Of a stretch of DNA of 64,000 bases, positions 50,012 through 60,317 are shown in pieces. Source of the stretch: Candidatus Poribacteria bacterium (GTDB lineage Bacteria > Poribacteria > WGA-4E > UBA9662). Below the pieces are notes generated by a model. The model saw only the letters and a program-made list of their open reading frames with translations, was not told the origin of the DNA and made no database searches. Every line of letters starts with the position of its first letter. Positions within the stretch are counted from its first letter, which is position 1. The stretch lies in assembly GCA_046582655.1 (NCBI GenBank), contig JAYGDX010000016.1, forward strand, positions 1 through 64,000, given 5' to 3'. The position numbers were made by a program, and so were the translations under genes.

Positions 50012-50992
50012 CTATTCTAACCTCTGGGTTACATGTATCAAACCGTTACCTGGATGGACACGATGAATACGGCGTAGCATAATGATAACGCCTGCCTGTT
50101 CGGTGGTGATTTCCGCCAAAACATCACCAAAGGCGTTACAAATGGTACCGAGTTGTTGACCGACGTTGACATACTCCAACAAATCCACCTCTGCCCGGAA
50201 GTAGCCAGCGACAGGGGTCGTAATCACGTTATCCAAATTGCCATCCCCAAGCAGGTGGTGTGTCACAGGCTGTAACTGCGGTTTGCCTTCGAGCATATTG
50301 AGATGCTTCATCACGTTGAGGACACCTGTGGTGAAGCATCTCACATCTTCTGTACGCGAAAATCCACCACCGGGAGCTTCAGTGTAGAGTGCGGGTATGC
50401 CCAAGTCGGTGGCGACGGTAAGGCTCCGCCCGGGGGGTACTGGTAGCGGATGTCCCCACATGACAGCGGTGCCGAATGCCTCCGCTCCCGCCAGCGTACG
50501 CTTGCCTCGCTCGTCGTCGCTGCGAATGTAGCCGATGAGTGTCGGAATGCGAGCGGCTATGCCACCGCTATGCAAGTCGATGAGGAAATCAGCTGATTTC
50601 AGCAACTTTTCTGTCAGAAAGCAGGCAATTTGCTCAGTGATTGTGCCGTGTGCGTCACCTGGGAAGACCCGGGCCAAATTTTTACCATCGATGGTGCTGT
50701 TGCGAGTAGCTGTTCCATAAGCTGGGACGTTACATATCGGTACCATTAGCAACGTCCCACATAAGTCGTCGGGTGTGAGTCTACGAAAAATCCGGGGGAT
50801 CGCCTCAACCCCTTCATATTCGTCGCCGTGTACAGCTGCCAGGACCAGTAGTATTGGACCAACAGTCGATCCTGTTACATAGAGAAACGGTAACTGCCAG
50901 TGACCACCATCCGCCCGTTGGGCCACTTCCAGCCATACAGTCTCTTTGGTATTTCGAGGCAATCTTGAAACATCGAGGTCTTTTAAATGCAT
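50012..50992 (-). CDS. Succinylglutamate desuccinylase/aspartoacylase (M14) family protein
   Basis: AAVHGDEYEG, NLARVFPG, IDLHSGG, TEAPG, C-terminal biotinyl-like domain. Confidence 0.9.
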   Translation of the reverse strand: MHLKDLDVSRLPRNTKETVWLEVAQRADGGHWQLPFLYVTGSTVGPILLVLAAVHGDEYEGVEAIPRIFRRLTPDDLCGTLLMVPICNVPAYGTATRNSTIDGKNLARVFPGDAHGTITEQIACFLTEKLLKSADFLIDLHSGGIAARIPTLIGYIRSDDERGKRTLAGAEAFGTAVMWGHPLPVPPGRSLTVATDLGIPALYTEAPGGGFSRTEDVRCFTTGVLNVMKHLNMLEGKPQLQPVTHHLLGDGNLDNVITTPVAGYFRAEVDLLEYVNVGQQLGTICNAFGDVLAEITTEQAGVIIMLRRIHRVHPGNGLIHVTQRLE

Positions 50993-51003
50993 GGCTGATA
51001 TTC

Positions 51004-52359
51004 CTAGTGTGATTTGTCCTTAAATGACACCCCTTTTTCCAACCGTTGCAGGATTAACTTTAAAATCCGGTCTGCGGTGCCAGCCACAAAGTGAGTCGAA
51101 GACGATGTCGCCTCATAGCCGACCCGGTCATATTCATAGGCCAGTGGCAAATATCCTTGGTATCCACCACAACACGAAACAAGTAGGCTATTTGGGAATT
51201 TCTGTTTCATCTTGAGTCCAATTTCCGCCAGCACTTCAAACGGCAACCCTACGAACATGGTATCGCCGATCTGCATAAACTGGACATTGATTTCCTCCCT
51301 GTTTTCAGGGTATTGCCTCGCCCGGCTGCAAACCATCATTTTATCTCGGAATTTGTTCAGCAACTGGCGGTAGGCTTCTCCTTTTTTTTCTTCTTTTGTC
51401 AGGACTTCCTGTCTGGCTACTTCGTATTCTGCCTCTGCCATTGCAGGATCCGTTTTGATAATTGTCTCCACCTCCACCACAATCGAATCAGCTGACAGTG
51501 AGGCGGATACGTCGTTCTGAAACAGTCGTTCGGCTAGGATTGCCGTCTGGCCCAAGACGTCTCCGATCCGCTCGCGGCAGTCACTTCTGCGGTTGATAGG
51601 GACCGCATCACCCGCGGCACCTAAGGTGAACAACACCGGGCACTGCCAGGCCTGCGAAATTGTCTGTCGTGCATAGTAGGGATAATCGGCTGAAAATCGA
51701 TAGTAGTCCTCATCCGGTGAACATCCTGCAACTGGATGGCAACCGAAATTCAGTAGCACTGCCTGGTGTCCGCCCTCATCGACTAAACGGTGAACGGTCA
51801 GTTCATCGTCCACCGTGCTGAACGTATACGGTGTCGGATCATCGGGGTACAGCAGGTTCATTTCGACCATGCCGTCGGATTTTCTGACAGTTCTTCGGTT
51901 AAACAAGACCTGAGGTACTTGTACCCGCGCCGTTTCGATGCGCATGGGCCGCAGGTTGCCTAGTGCTTCCTTTGCCGCTTCGATCATCTTTTGCTTAAAC
52001 TCACTCACATAATCCGGATCTGGGTCGATAAACGCAACTTCCGGTTTACTGGAAGTCGTTCCGTGCAAAGCAGGTGCGAAGTGGGTATGAGATCCTGATA
52101 TCAGGATATTTGGATAACCCACGCCCGTCTCCTGTTTCAGTAAGGCATAAAGCTCTTCACAGACATCGGATCGTACCCCGATCATGTCCAGAGCAAAAAT
52201 CAGTACCTGGTTTTCTCCGTTGCTCGCTGCTAGGCATCCCAGCGACAGAGTTTCTCGCATACCACTTGAAGGATAGGTCCGGCTTGCGTAACCATGCGCC
52301 CAAACTGGGTAATCAGGCGTAATATCGCGCACTGCCACGCCGAATTTCAGTTTAGCCAT
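51004..52359 (-). CDS. Neutral/alkaline ceramidase-like amidohydrolase (hypothetical)
   Basis: G.A.RDITP, GYASR, SHTHFAP, NRR, NFGCHP, SADYP, GAAGD, PFE, GYLP. Confidence 0.75.
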   Translation of the reverse strand: MAKLKFGVAVRDITPDYPVWAHGYASRTYPSSGMRETLSLGCLAASNGENQVLIFALDMIGVRSDVCEELYALLKQETGVGYPNILISGSHTHFAPALHGTTSSKPEVAFIDPDPDYVSEFKQKMIEAAKEALGNLRPMRIETARVQVPQVLFNRRTVRKSDGMVEMNLLYPDDPTPYTFSTVDDELTVHRLVDEGGHQAVLLNFGCHPVAGCSPDEDYYRFSADYPYYARQTISQAWQCPVLFTLGAAGDAVPINRRSDCRERIGDVLGQTAILAERLFQNDVSASLSADSIVVEVETIIKTDPAMAEAEYEVARQEVLTKEEKKGEAYRQLLNKFRDKMMVCSRARQYPENREEINVQFMQIGDTMFVGLPFEVLAEIGLKMKQKFPNSLLVSCCGGYQGYLPLAYEYDRVGYEATSSSTHFVAGTADRILKLILQRLEKGVSFKDKSH

Positions 52360-52362
52360 TGC

Positions 52363-53910
52363 TCATTGCCTCCCCTTGCTCTTTTTTTTATTTGCCTGAT
52401 GATAAACTTTGGGGTCGAAGTAGGTGTTGTTGGGGTAAAACGCGGGTAGTTCTGTACGATCTCCCTGGCTTGCAGCTTCCAGGTGCAACAATGCCAATGG
52501 CAGCGCCGAATCGATATTGGTTTGGCCACTTCTCTCGCCAGAAACCATCAAACCATTGACCTGATACCGACGTTGCAGGTGTCGACCCAGCGATGTGGCC
52601 GACTGCAACAACACTTTCTCCCCAATAGCCGTGTAAAGCTCCAGCAACCCAAATAGCGCGCAGGCATCATTTTGCCCGGCGTTCGCCCAGGCCTCAGTGC
52701 TTTGAGGCGAGGTGTGGGATTCAAAATCTACCGCAGATTGCAAATTCCCCCATCCCATACCTTCTGCCAGGTGAAAAGCCATCTGTCGAAAAAGCTCCAT
52801 ACCAGTAACTTTAAAAGCGCGCGCGTAGGACAAAAACATCAGCCCTTCCGCCGGCACCTTCCTCAATTTGGCAGGAGAACAATATCCAACCCCTTCGTTG
52901 GTATTTTCTGGGTAAAGCCGAGTGCCATCATTGATGGCCGGATAAAAACAATAATCGTCCCAATTATAACAATGCTCTACCAGTGCCTTCAGGTCAGCAG
53001 TCACCAGGTCACGGAACGGTTTGGCCTTTTTTTCGGCCAAGGCTTCGGCTGCATTCAGCCACGTTACGGCAGCACGGCCATAGCGGACTCGGATTACACC
53101 ATTAGTCACAACCGTTGCTTCATTGAGATCTTCGCGCTGGTCAAAGGGCGGCTTGAATGAGGCACGTACCCGACAGGGTTGACGATGATTAAACTGATAT
53201 CCGGCCAGCCCAGTCTCAGGATGCCGGATATCGTCGTATCGTGATAGCAAGTGCTGGGCCCAACGCAGCGGCGTCTCATCCCCGGCAAGCGCGTGCAGCA
53301 TTACCCCACTTAAAATCAGATCACTTCCTGTATTGACGAAGGAGAGTGCCGAATTCTCTACGATTGGTAGAGGACCGCCTGTAAATTTAGTTTGCCACTT
53401 TTCTTCCCACGATTCATAGTTCCCATGGCGGTTAAAAAGCAGGGAGGACCAGTCCCAAATATGTGTGTGCCAGAAAGCTTTTATGAATTGGCTGGTGCTG
53501 TCCGCATCCATTCGGTAGAGATAGGCATAATGTGGGTAGACACACTTCATTTCGTGATTGCCTAACACAGGCTTATCTGTTAATAAATCGTAACTGGTGT
53601 GTCCTCCCCAGTAAAACAGATCTGACGCTGAATCGCTCAACTTCTCCAACGCATATCCAATCCATCGATTCGCCTGTTGGTGATATCGATTCTCCCCGGT
53701 CAATGTTCCCAGTGCCTCCAGTGTCCGTAAGACATTCTGCTGACAGGCTAGGTTTGAGAGCAGATGCCCTTTCCAAACTAGCGGTGCTCCCGTTTCTAAA
53801 TCCAGCCCATCAGCTAGTAGTGGCCCCTTCTCATGTGAACAACTCCCAGCTACCCGATTGACATGTTCTTCGACTGCATCAATAAACTCCGATGCTGTAT
53901 TCCTGGTCAT
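52363..53910 (-). CDS. Polysaccharide lyase family 2 (pectate lyase PelW-like), no signal peptide
   Basis: PLLADG, SNLACQQNVLRTL, YWGGH, HEMK..YP.Y, FW..HI.DW..L.FNRHG, LSFVNTGSDLI, PETGL..YQF. Confidence 0.8.
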   Translation of the reverse strand: MTRNTASEFIDAVEEHVNRVAGSCSHEKGPLLADGLDLETGAPLVWKGHLLSNLACQQNVLRTLEALGTLTGENRYHQQANRWIGYALEKLSDSASDLFYWGGHTSYDLLTDKPVLGNHEMKCVYPHYAYLYRMDADSTSQFIKAFWHTHIWDWSSLLFNRHGNYESWEEKWQTKFTGGPLPIVENSALSFVNTGSDLILSGVMLHALAGDETPLRWAQHLLSRYDDIRHPETGLAGYQFNHRQPCRVRASFKPPFDQREDLNEATVVTNGVIRVRYGRAAVTWLNAAEALAEKKAKPFRDLVTADLKALVEHCYNWDDYCFYPAINDGTRLYPENTNEGVGYCSPAKLRKVPAEGLMFLSYARAFKVTGMELFRQMAFHLAEGMGWGNLQSAVDFESHTSPQSTEAWANAGQNDACALFGLLELYTAIGEKVLLQSATSLGRHLQRRYQVNGLMVSGERSGQTNIDSALPLALLHLEAASQGDRTELPAFYPNNTYFDPKVYHQANKKKSKGRQ

Positions 53911-54124
53911 GGTCAATTCCCTATTTGTTCCATACTGATTTTTTCCTAATCGACTGCCAATCTTGTTAGCAACGCGACCTCCTTCCAATCAACTGAAAAA
54001 ATCGACGCGCATTAACAGCGGAGATGGTGTGTTGGCTAAGCCTTTGTGAATAGGGCACATTTTAATTTGCCAGTAGCGAAGAGGGCTACTCTTATCTCTT
54101 ATTCATTCAGCGATAGTCTCTCTG

Positions 54125-55516
54125 CTAAATAAACCAGTAAGAATATAAACTAGATTGTTTCAACCGAAACCCAAGTCTGACTTCTTTTCCTATTAGTTCT
54201 TCTATCGAACGATCGAAGGTGACATTCAGATCTAAATGATCACCTGTCACCTGGGGAGAGGTATAGCCGTCTATCCGGTGCCCCTGATCATCAGTCACCA
54301 TGATGATTAGATAACCGCGACTTGCATCTACGTTGATATGAAGTTGTTGACTGTCGATCGTCAGTGGTTTGGTTAACAGATATCCCTCTTCCTTGTCTGC
54401 ATCCAGGGAGACAAAACCGTCACGCCGGAGTGTTGCCAGCCCTAACATCGGTTTGTGAACTCGCTCAACTTGCTTGAACTTTTGGCCGGTATGCGGACTA
54501 TTGACCCCACCATAATAGAGAAGAATTTGGTCGCCAACGGCAATGAAATTTTGGCTAATCCGAACCATCCCATCTTCCCAACTACCGGGCTTCCCTAGGG
54601 AGAGGAACGTCTGTCGATCCAGAACACGTTGCCAGTGGATACCATCTCGACTGGTGGTCAGCGAAGTATCGATTGTGCCGTCAACTCCTTCTCGATAGAT
54701 CCAAGCCATGCCCAGATATAGGCCTTCGTAGAGATTAATCGGCATGCCATAAAACTGTGTTCCGGCTTCATCAATTTCGTCACACTCAAACACCAATTTT
54801 GGCTGACTGAAGTGAACACAGTCGTCACTTTCGGCCCTCGCAACTTTTCGTCCTCCAGCTCCGAATCGACCAAAGACAACATATTTCTGAATCTGCGGAT
54901 CCCAAACCAGCGACTGGGTGGTGTCACTGCCTAGCTCGATGACCGGATTGTGTTCGTAATTGGTCCAGCGAACTCCATCTGGTGAAAAGGAGATCCACAT
55001 GCCATCGCCTTCACCCTCTCCCCACAAGGTTCGTCCATCCAGTTGAATGAATTCGTCGATGCCGCCATGCTCCCAATAAAATCCTTTATAACGCTGATCA
55101 GGATTTGGATCTTGCGGATCGTACAGAACCGCCATGCCTTCACAATTTGTGCGGCCGATATCGATTAGATTGTTTTGCTTGGAATCCTCAACATCGAGTT
55201 GATCCAGAATCGGCTTGTCCCAATGCACCCCATCGGTGGAAGTGGCATAGGCTAGCAGTGTGATATTTCCCAGCGCCTGTCGTTGCCGAACCTGGATCAT
55301 TCCATCGACGTAAGGACCTGTCAGGTACCACATTTTGAACAGGTTTTCCTCTGGATCGTAGATAACGGTACCGTATAGGGATGCCACCGTTTCCCAAGGA
55401 TTCTCACCTTTGAGGATGGGATTTTTGGGGTGACGTTGTGGCTGATGTATCCGACGATAGAGTCGATCCATCCGAGTAATATGATCTAAGTTTAGAAACA
55501 GGCAACGGTGTTGCAT
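54125..55516 (-). CDS. Hypothetical five-bladed beta-propeller glycoside hydrolase-like protein (GH32/43/130-like fold)
   Basis: NPIL..PWE, FKMWY, AYATSTDGVHWDKP, SPDGVRW, SRDGIHWQR, LRRDGFVSL; AAGGAG RBS before ATG 55516. Confidence 0.7.
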   Translation of the reverse strand: MQHRCLFLNLDHITRMDRLYRRIHQPQRHPKNPILKGENPWETVASLYGTVIYDPEENLFKMWYLTGPYVDGMIQVRQRQALGNITLLAYATSTDGVHWDKPILDQLDVEDSKQNNLIDIGRTNCEGMAVLYDPQDPNPDQRYKGFYWEHGGIDEFIQLDGRTLWGEGEGDGMWISFSPDGVRWTNYEHNPVIELGSDTTQSLVWDPQIQKYVVFGRFGAGGRKVARAESDDCVHFSQPKLVFECDEIDEAGTQFYGMPINLYEGLYLGMAWIYREGVDGTIDTSLTTSRDGIHWQRVLDRQTFLSLGKPGSWEDGMVRISQNFIAVGDQILLYYGGVNSPHTGQKFKQVERVHKPMLGLATLRRDGFVSLDADKEEGYLLTKPLTIDSQQLHINVDASRGYLIIMVTDDQGHRIDGYTSPQVTGDHLDLNVTFDRSIEELIGKEVRLGFRLKQSSLYSYWFI

Positions 55517-55526
55517 ACAAGACTCC

Positions 55527-56777
55527 TTAGCATTCATTGACTGCGTTCAGTGTGAATCGAATTTGGTCAAATCGCTTGACTAAATCGATTACCCGTTGCT
55601 TGATGGTATCAAGATTTCCCCTCAGTGCATCAACGATGCAATCGGCAATGGCAGAAGCGTCCGTCTCGACCATACCTTGTCGGGTTATCTCTTGGACGCC
55701 AATCCGTAGACCGTGCGTTCCCAATTCCTCGGACAATCGAACAGCACCAGTGATGATATTACATTCTTCCAGTTGATCAGCTAATGTTTTAGCTTGGCCA
55801 AATTGACTGACCACCAGTATCAAGGTGTGGGATTCAGTGAAGCCAAGTGTCGAGCCAACCAGCGGAACGCCCCGATTTTCAAGTGCTTGTCCTAACGACT
55901 TAGCATTAGCCACGATGGCCGCGGCATGCTCAGATCCATACTCGGCCCATTCCATAAACGTTGCTGCTAAGGCCGGCAACCGGCCCAAGTGATGATTACT
56001 AACCAGTAACGGTGCTATGGCGGGGCCAATTCGTTCAGCGATAGATTTGTCATTGGTCAGAACCATACCACCTTGAGGACCAGCCAGCGTCTTGTGAGTC
56101 GAAGAAATGATCACGTCCGCGCCTTCCTCCAGCGGAGATTGAAACTGGCCACCGGCGATCAAGCCAATCACATGTGCGGCATCATAAACCAAGTACGAAT
56201 CTGGATTGACTTCCCGCATGGCCTGTTTCAGAGAAAAAACCGGTTGTTGAAAGAGGAAGATACCCGAGCCGATATTAACCATGCGGGGTCGATGTTCTTT
56301 AATCAATTCGATCGTCGCTTGCAGATCGATATTGGACCTTACGGAATCCCATGGAATCGAAACCGACTTCAAATCCACTTTCAAGCCAGAGGAGGCTAGC
56401 TTATTCGCGTATCGGTGACCATTGTCAACTTCCAAGACAGTATCGCCTGGACGGCATAAGGCGAGAGTCGTGGCTATGCCGGCGATATTTCCTGACAATG
56501 GACGTAAATCGACGAAGTTGGCTCCAAACAAATCCTTTGCCAGTTGGTGGGCATAGGATTCAATTTCGGCGATAAATTTATTGCCTTGGTAAAATCGTTC
56601 ACTCAGATCGATACCAAGGTAGTTGCCATAGCGCTGATCCAGTTCCTCAACCAGGTAGCTTTCCACAAGTGGAGAGGGAACGTTTTCAGAGGCGATCAGG
56701 TTCAGGCAGTTCTGACGGAAAGATCGATGCGCCTCCAATAGAGCTGAGAGGTGTCGATGTTTGTCTCCTATTTTCAT
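55527..56777 (-). CDS. Serine hydroxymethyltransferase-like PLP enzyme (divergent)
   Basis: LNLIASEN, FYQG, PLSG, YDAAHVIGLIAGG, STHKTLAGPQGG, LRIGVQEITR. Confidence 0.85.
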   Translation of the reverse strand: MKIGDKHRHLSALLEAHRSFRQNCLNLIASENVPSPLVESYLVEELDQRYGNYLGIDLSERFYQGNKFIAEIESYAHQLAKDLFGANFVDLRPLSGNIAGIATTLALCRPGDTVLEVDNGHRYANKLASSGLKVDLKSVSIPWDSVRSNIDLQATIELIKEHRPRMVNIGSGIFLFQQPVFSLKQAMREVNPDSYLVYDAAHVIGLIAGGQFQSPLEEGADVIISSTHKTLAGPQGGMVLTNDKSIAERIGPAIAPLLVSNHHLGRLPALAATFMEWAEYGSEHAAAIVANAKSLGQALENRGVPLVGSTLGFTESHTLILVVSQFGQAKTLADQLEECNIITGAVRLSEELGTHGLRIGVQEITRQGMVETDASAIADCIVDALRGNLDTIKQRVIDLVKRFDQIRFTLNAVNEC

Positions 56778-56836
56778 AGTTAGAAAATCCCATTTAGCGT
56801 TGTGTCATGTAGATGTGAGATAATTTGTCTGCCCGA

Positions 56837-57973
56837 TTATATCGCCAAGAATTCGGCACTATCTCCGTCAGCGTTAATGTTAATGCGAAGACGGATCAGA
56901 TAAACCCGATTCGGTGCTCTCCCGCTCTCACAATAAGGAATCAGCAGGCTTCCATCCTCCATTAACCGCCCACCAGGATAACCGTAGCAAGATGAATCTA
57001 AAGAAATCGGAGTCCAGTTTAGTGCCCGTTCAGCCCCCCCACGGCTCAAGAAAAGGTGGAGGCTGCCCTGGTAAGTGGCGATGCATGCCAAGGTCTGGTC
57101 CGGAAGCACAATTAAACGTGGCGCTTTTAGGACACCGCTTTCGGCAATTCGTCCCGATTCGTTCCAGCTAATCCCATCGTCATCCGACAGGAAAATACCT
57201 CCATCTGGGCGCGAAACCATCACCAGTAACCCATCCTCAAAACGTGTAATCGCCGGCTCGTCAACATCTTGACCCCGCCTATGAATGGTCGAGATCGTTC
57301 GCCAGGTTAGACCCGAATCATCGGACCGATGCACGGCTCCAAACAGTTGTTTTTTTTCCTGATCGGCGCAGTAAGTCGGCCAAAGAATACCGCCATCGGG
57401 TAGTTGAATCGCTTGGGCATGACTCCGTTGGTAAAAAGCACCGGGGCTATCAAACCAAAGAGGTTGGCTCCAGTTTTCTCCACCATCAAGCGAGCGAATC
57501 ACGCACTGCCGGGTGTTTAATCCTGCCAGGTCGTTTTTGAACATATCAGGTGCCTGGCTGAAGCCATACCAGGAGGCTTGTACATTAATAAAGCAGAGAA
57601 TCGTTTTGTCTGGACAAACAAATAGAGTTACCGGAGAATCGTCTAAGGGTAAATCGGTGATGGGTTTCGGTTGACTCCACGTTTTCCCTTCATCCTTGGA
57701 TCGGGTCATCATCGACCGTCCCCCGGTAGGAGCATCATGATCGAGCGGCCAACCTTCTGCTTCCCACTTTTTTCGCGTTTCTTGATGAAATAATCTGGGC
57801 GTAGCAAAGGAGACGTGCCAGTAGCCAGCGGAGTGAACCAGCAGCAAATCTCCGTTAGGAGCACGTTCAATTCCCCTCGCCCAACCAATAAAGTCACCCA
57901 GGCCGGGAAAATTGGCTGGTCGATTATGATCAAAACCGGTAACGCATAAGCGTGCTTGCTCTACTGTTAACAT
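56837..57973 (-). CDS. Sialidase/BNR (Asp-box) beta-propeller protein
   Basis: Asp boxes SKDEGKTW, SLDGGENW, SDDSGLTW, SDDDGISW; DEP; GYP. Confidence 0.85.
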   Translation of the reverse strand: MLTVEQARLCVTGFDHNRPANFPGLGDFIGWARGIERAPNGDLLLVHSAGYWHVSFATPRLFHQETRKKWEAEGWPLDHDAPTGGRSMMTRSKDEGKTWSQPKPITDLPLDDSPVTLFVCPDKTILCFINVQASWYGFSQAPDMFKNDLAGLNTRQCVIRSLDGGENWSQPLWFDSPGAFYQRSHAQAIQLPDGGILWPTYCADQEKKQLFGAVHRSDDSGLTWRTISTIHRRGQDVDEPAITRFEDGLLVMVSRPDGGIFLSDDDGISWNESGRIAESGVLKAPRLIVLPDQTLACIATYQGSLHLFLSRGGAERALNWTPISLDSSCYGYPGGRLMEDGSLLIPYCESGRAPNRVYLIRLRININADGDSAEFLAI

Positions 57974-58012
57974 TTTTAAATCCTCTTGATCGTGTCCAAT
58001 AAACGAAAGGCT

Positions 58013-58945
58013 TCAAGGTTTAAAAGGCTGACCTGTTCGACGCAGTTCTTTGGTTACCGCAATTTGACAGGTCACATAACCTCCTGATGAAGATCCTCGG
58101 CTATTTAGCATCCCAGCGGCGTATCCGGGTCGAGCATCGCCAATCGTGCCGACAATCAGGTTGGCGTATTCGACAGTGGTATCGTAATGGTCTGCGATCA
58201 GTCCAACCATTTCACTCCAGGCGATTTTCAGTGCCTCTTCCCAGTTAGCCCCTCTGCCGCTGGTTAGACGTTCTGCCGTACTTTCCACCACCTGGCTTTT
58301 TTCCACTACTGGACTGCTGGTTGGGAAACCTGGGGATCGATCAACCTTGAGGGTGACCGTCGAATCGATCTCAACACCAGTGCCCGTCAATTCACCATCT
58401 CCCATTCGGGCATGGACATCGCCCAAAGAAAGATAGCCACCCGGTTTCTGCGCCCTGATGTGAACGGTGCTATTGGGCTGAATTGAGTTGAAGTCCATAT
58501 TGCCACCGTGATCGATCTGGTGCGGAGCTACCGATTCTAATTCAACCACTCCTATCATTGGTCTTATAGGCACGATAAAATCGGGAGGGAAATGAATTAG
58601 CCCATCCCGCACAGCTGCCGCAAGTCGGACGCTCCCCCAGTGCGGTCCACCATTACGGTAAAAGCCGTAAGGACCAACTTCCATGTTGATGATCTCAATG
58701 GAGACCCAATCTCCGGGTTCGATTCCTTCGATCAAAAACGGGCCACCAGGACGAGAATACCGTCGATGGGTGGTTACATCCAGTACCTTGCCCGGTATAG
58801 TATCGCCTGCCGCCTCATAGTCGTGGTCATGGCCTCCTACCGTTTCGATCACCACCGTTTCACCAGGTTTCAGGGTTCCCCGCACCTGACCTTGCTCCGG
58901 ATCATCTGGCCCGGTATAGTACGGTGTACGTGTGAAATGTCTCAT
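58013..58945 (-). CDS. Acetamidase/formamidase family protein
   Basis: GPFLIEG.EPGD, P.RPMIGV, HGGNMD, GDVHARMGDGE. Confidence 0.88.
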   Translation of the reverse strand: MRHFTRTPYYTGPDDPEQGQVRGTLKPGETVVIETVGGHDHDYEAAGDTIPGKVLDVTTHRRYSRPGGPFLIEGIEPGDWVSIEIINMEVGPYGFYRNGGPHWGSVRLAAAVRDGLIHFPPDFIVPIRPMIGVVELESVAPHQIDHGGNMDFNSIQPNSTVHIRAQKPGGYLSLGDVHARMGDGELTGTGVEIDSTVTLKVDRSPGFPTSSPVVEKSQVVESTAERLTSGRGANWEEALKIAWSEMVGLIADHYDTTVEYANLIVGTIGDARPGYAAGMLNSRGSSSGGYVTCQIAVTKELRRTGQPFKP

Positions 58946-59039
58946 TGATTTTCAACCTCGCTGATGGATACGTCTCTCTAAGTTGCTGCTACACTCTTCC
59001 TTATAGGTTAGGTTTCAAAATCACTTGTCTGATCTCTAA

Positions 59040-60281
59040 TTAATTTGCACGGAAGGTCCCTTCTTTTTGCACCCGCTGGTAAACTTGATCAAATTCCTGA
59101 GTACCATCATCTAGCCACAGTTTGGATTTGATCCCACGAATAGTCCCTTCTTCTCGGCCAGTTAACTGGGTTGGCGAAATGTAACTGCGTCCGTAGAAAG
59201 TATGTCCACCCGGCATGTGCAGAATCCCAACATGTTTGGGTATCTCTATTGGTTGGTTGGCCGCTAGGCGCGCTAAAGCACCTTCGTCGACGTCAACTCC
59301 CAGTCCCGGCCCTTGTGGTATTGCAGAACTTCCTGCAATCACCGGAATTAGGGTCGCGACATCTTCGTTCTCTGCGTACTGATCGTCTAAGTTGATAGTA
59401 TGGGCTGTATGCGTTGGTAGGACGGCAGCCATATGCAGCGCAAAAGCTTTGGTCAAGGTTCCGCCTGTTAACTGAATTAGTGTTTGGATGTTGCCTTTAC
59501 CAAAGGCAAAACCAGTTGTCAATGTATTACCCACACCGCTTTCCAGCATATAGATGTCGGCTATTCCCTGGAGTAGTTCTTGAACCCCTCCCAATGGTGT
59601 CCCGTGCATAATAATAGGAAGGCCAACTTGGTTGCGTAGTCTGTGCCAACCGTCAATGTCGTTTTTGACCAAAGGATCTTCGATGTAGCCGACAATTGGA
59701 TGATCTTTTTCCAGTTGCTTAATTAGTGGTAATGCTGAGGCTAAACTCCGATTGCTATTTAGATCGTAATGAATCTGAAATCCTTCGGGAGCGACTTCTT
59801 CGGCCAAACGCGTTTGTTCAATAACATCGTGATATGTACAGGTGTGCATTTTAAAAATGGTGTAACCTTCATCTACTGCCCGAAGGATTTCTCCTCGGAA
59901 ATCTTCCGGTGAAGCCGGTCGGGTCCAGGCGGCTACCGGGATCTGATCACGTACCTTTTGCCCCATCAGTTTGTAAGCAGGAATTTCCAGGTATTTTCCC
60001 ATCAGATCATAAAGTGCACCACTCAAACCAGAAGCTAAGTTCTGGTTAATGTAGTCGAATGGATTATGACCAACCAGCGGATCTACACTGGATTGGGCCG
60101 GTTGACCACCCGGACGCACACGTTGGTCACCGTAACCGACCAATCCATTATCCGCTTCAACTCTAAAGATGGTGCGATGATCAATACCATATAGATCAAC
60201 CTGACGATGTTGATATCGTTCAGCTAACTTGGGATAGATTGGGATAACCCTGATGTCTTTGATTCGCATTGGAAACTCCAT
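59040..60281 (-). CDS. Enolase superfamily (mandelate racemase/MLE-like) protein, divergent
   Basis: GLVGYG, ALYDLMGK..IPAYKLMG, FKMH, HYDLN, IEDP, PGLGVDVD. Confidence 0.85.
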   Translation of the reverse strand: MEFPMRIKDIRVIPIYPKLAERYQHRQVDLYGIDHRTIFRVEADNGLVGYGDQRVRPGGQPAQSSVDPLVGHNPFDYINQNLASGLSGALYDLMGKYLEIPAYKLMGQKVRDQIPVAAWTRPASPEDFRGEILRAVDEGYTIFKMHTCTYHDVIEQTRLAEEVAPEGFQIHYDLNSNRSLASALPLIKQLEKDHPIVGYIEDPLVKNDIDGWHRLRNQVGLPIIMHGTPLGGVQELLQGIADIYMLESGVGNTLTTGFAFGKGNIQTLIQLTGGTLTKAFALHMAAVLPTHTAHTINLDDQYAENEDVATLIPVIAGSSAIPQGPGLGVDVDEGALARLAANQPIEIPKHVGILHMPGGHTFYGRSYISPTQLTGREEGTIRGIKSKLWLDDGTQEFDQVYQRVQKEGTFRAN

Positions 60282-60317
60282 GGTTTAATCGGATTGAGTT
60301 GGGTTTCCCGTGACGTT

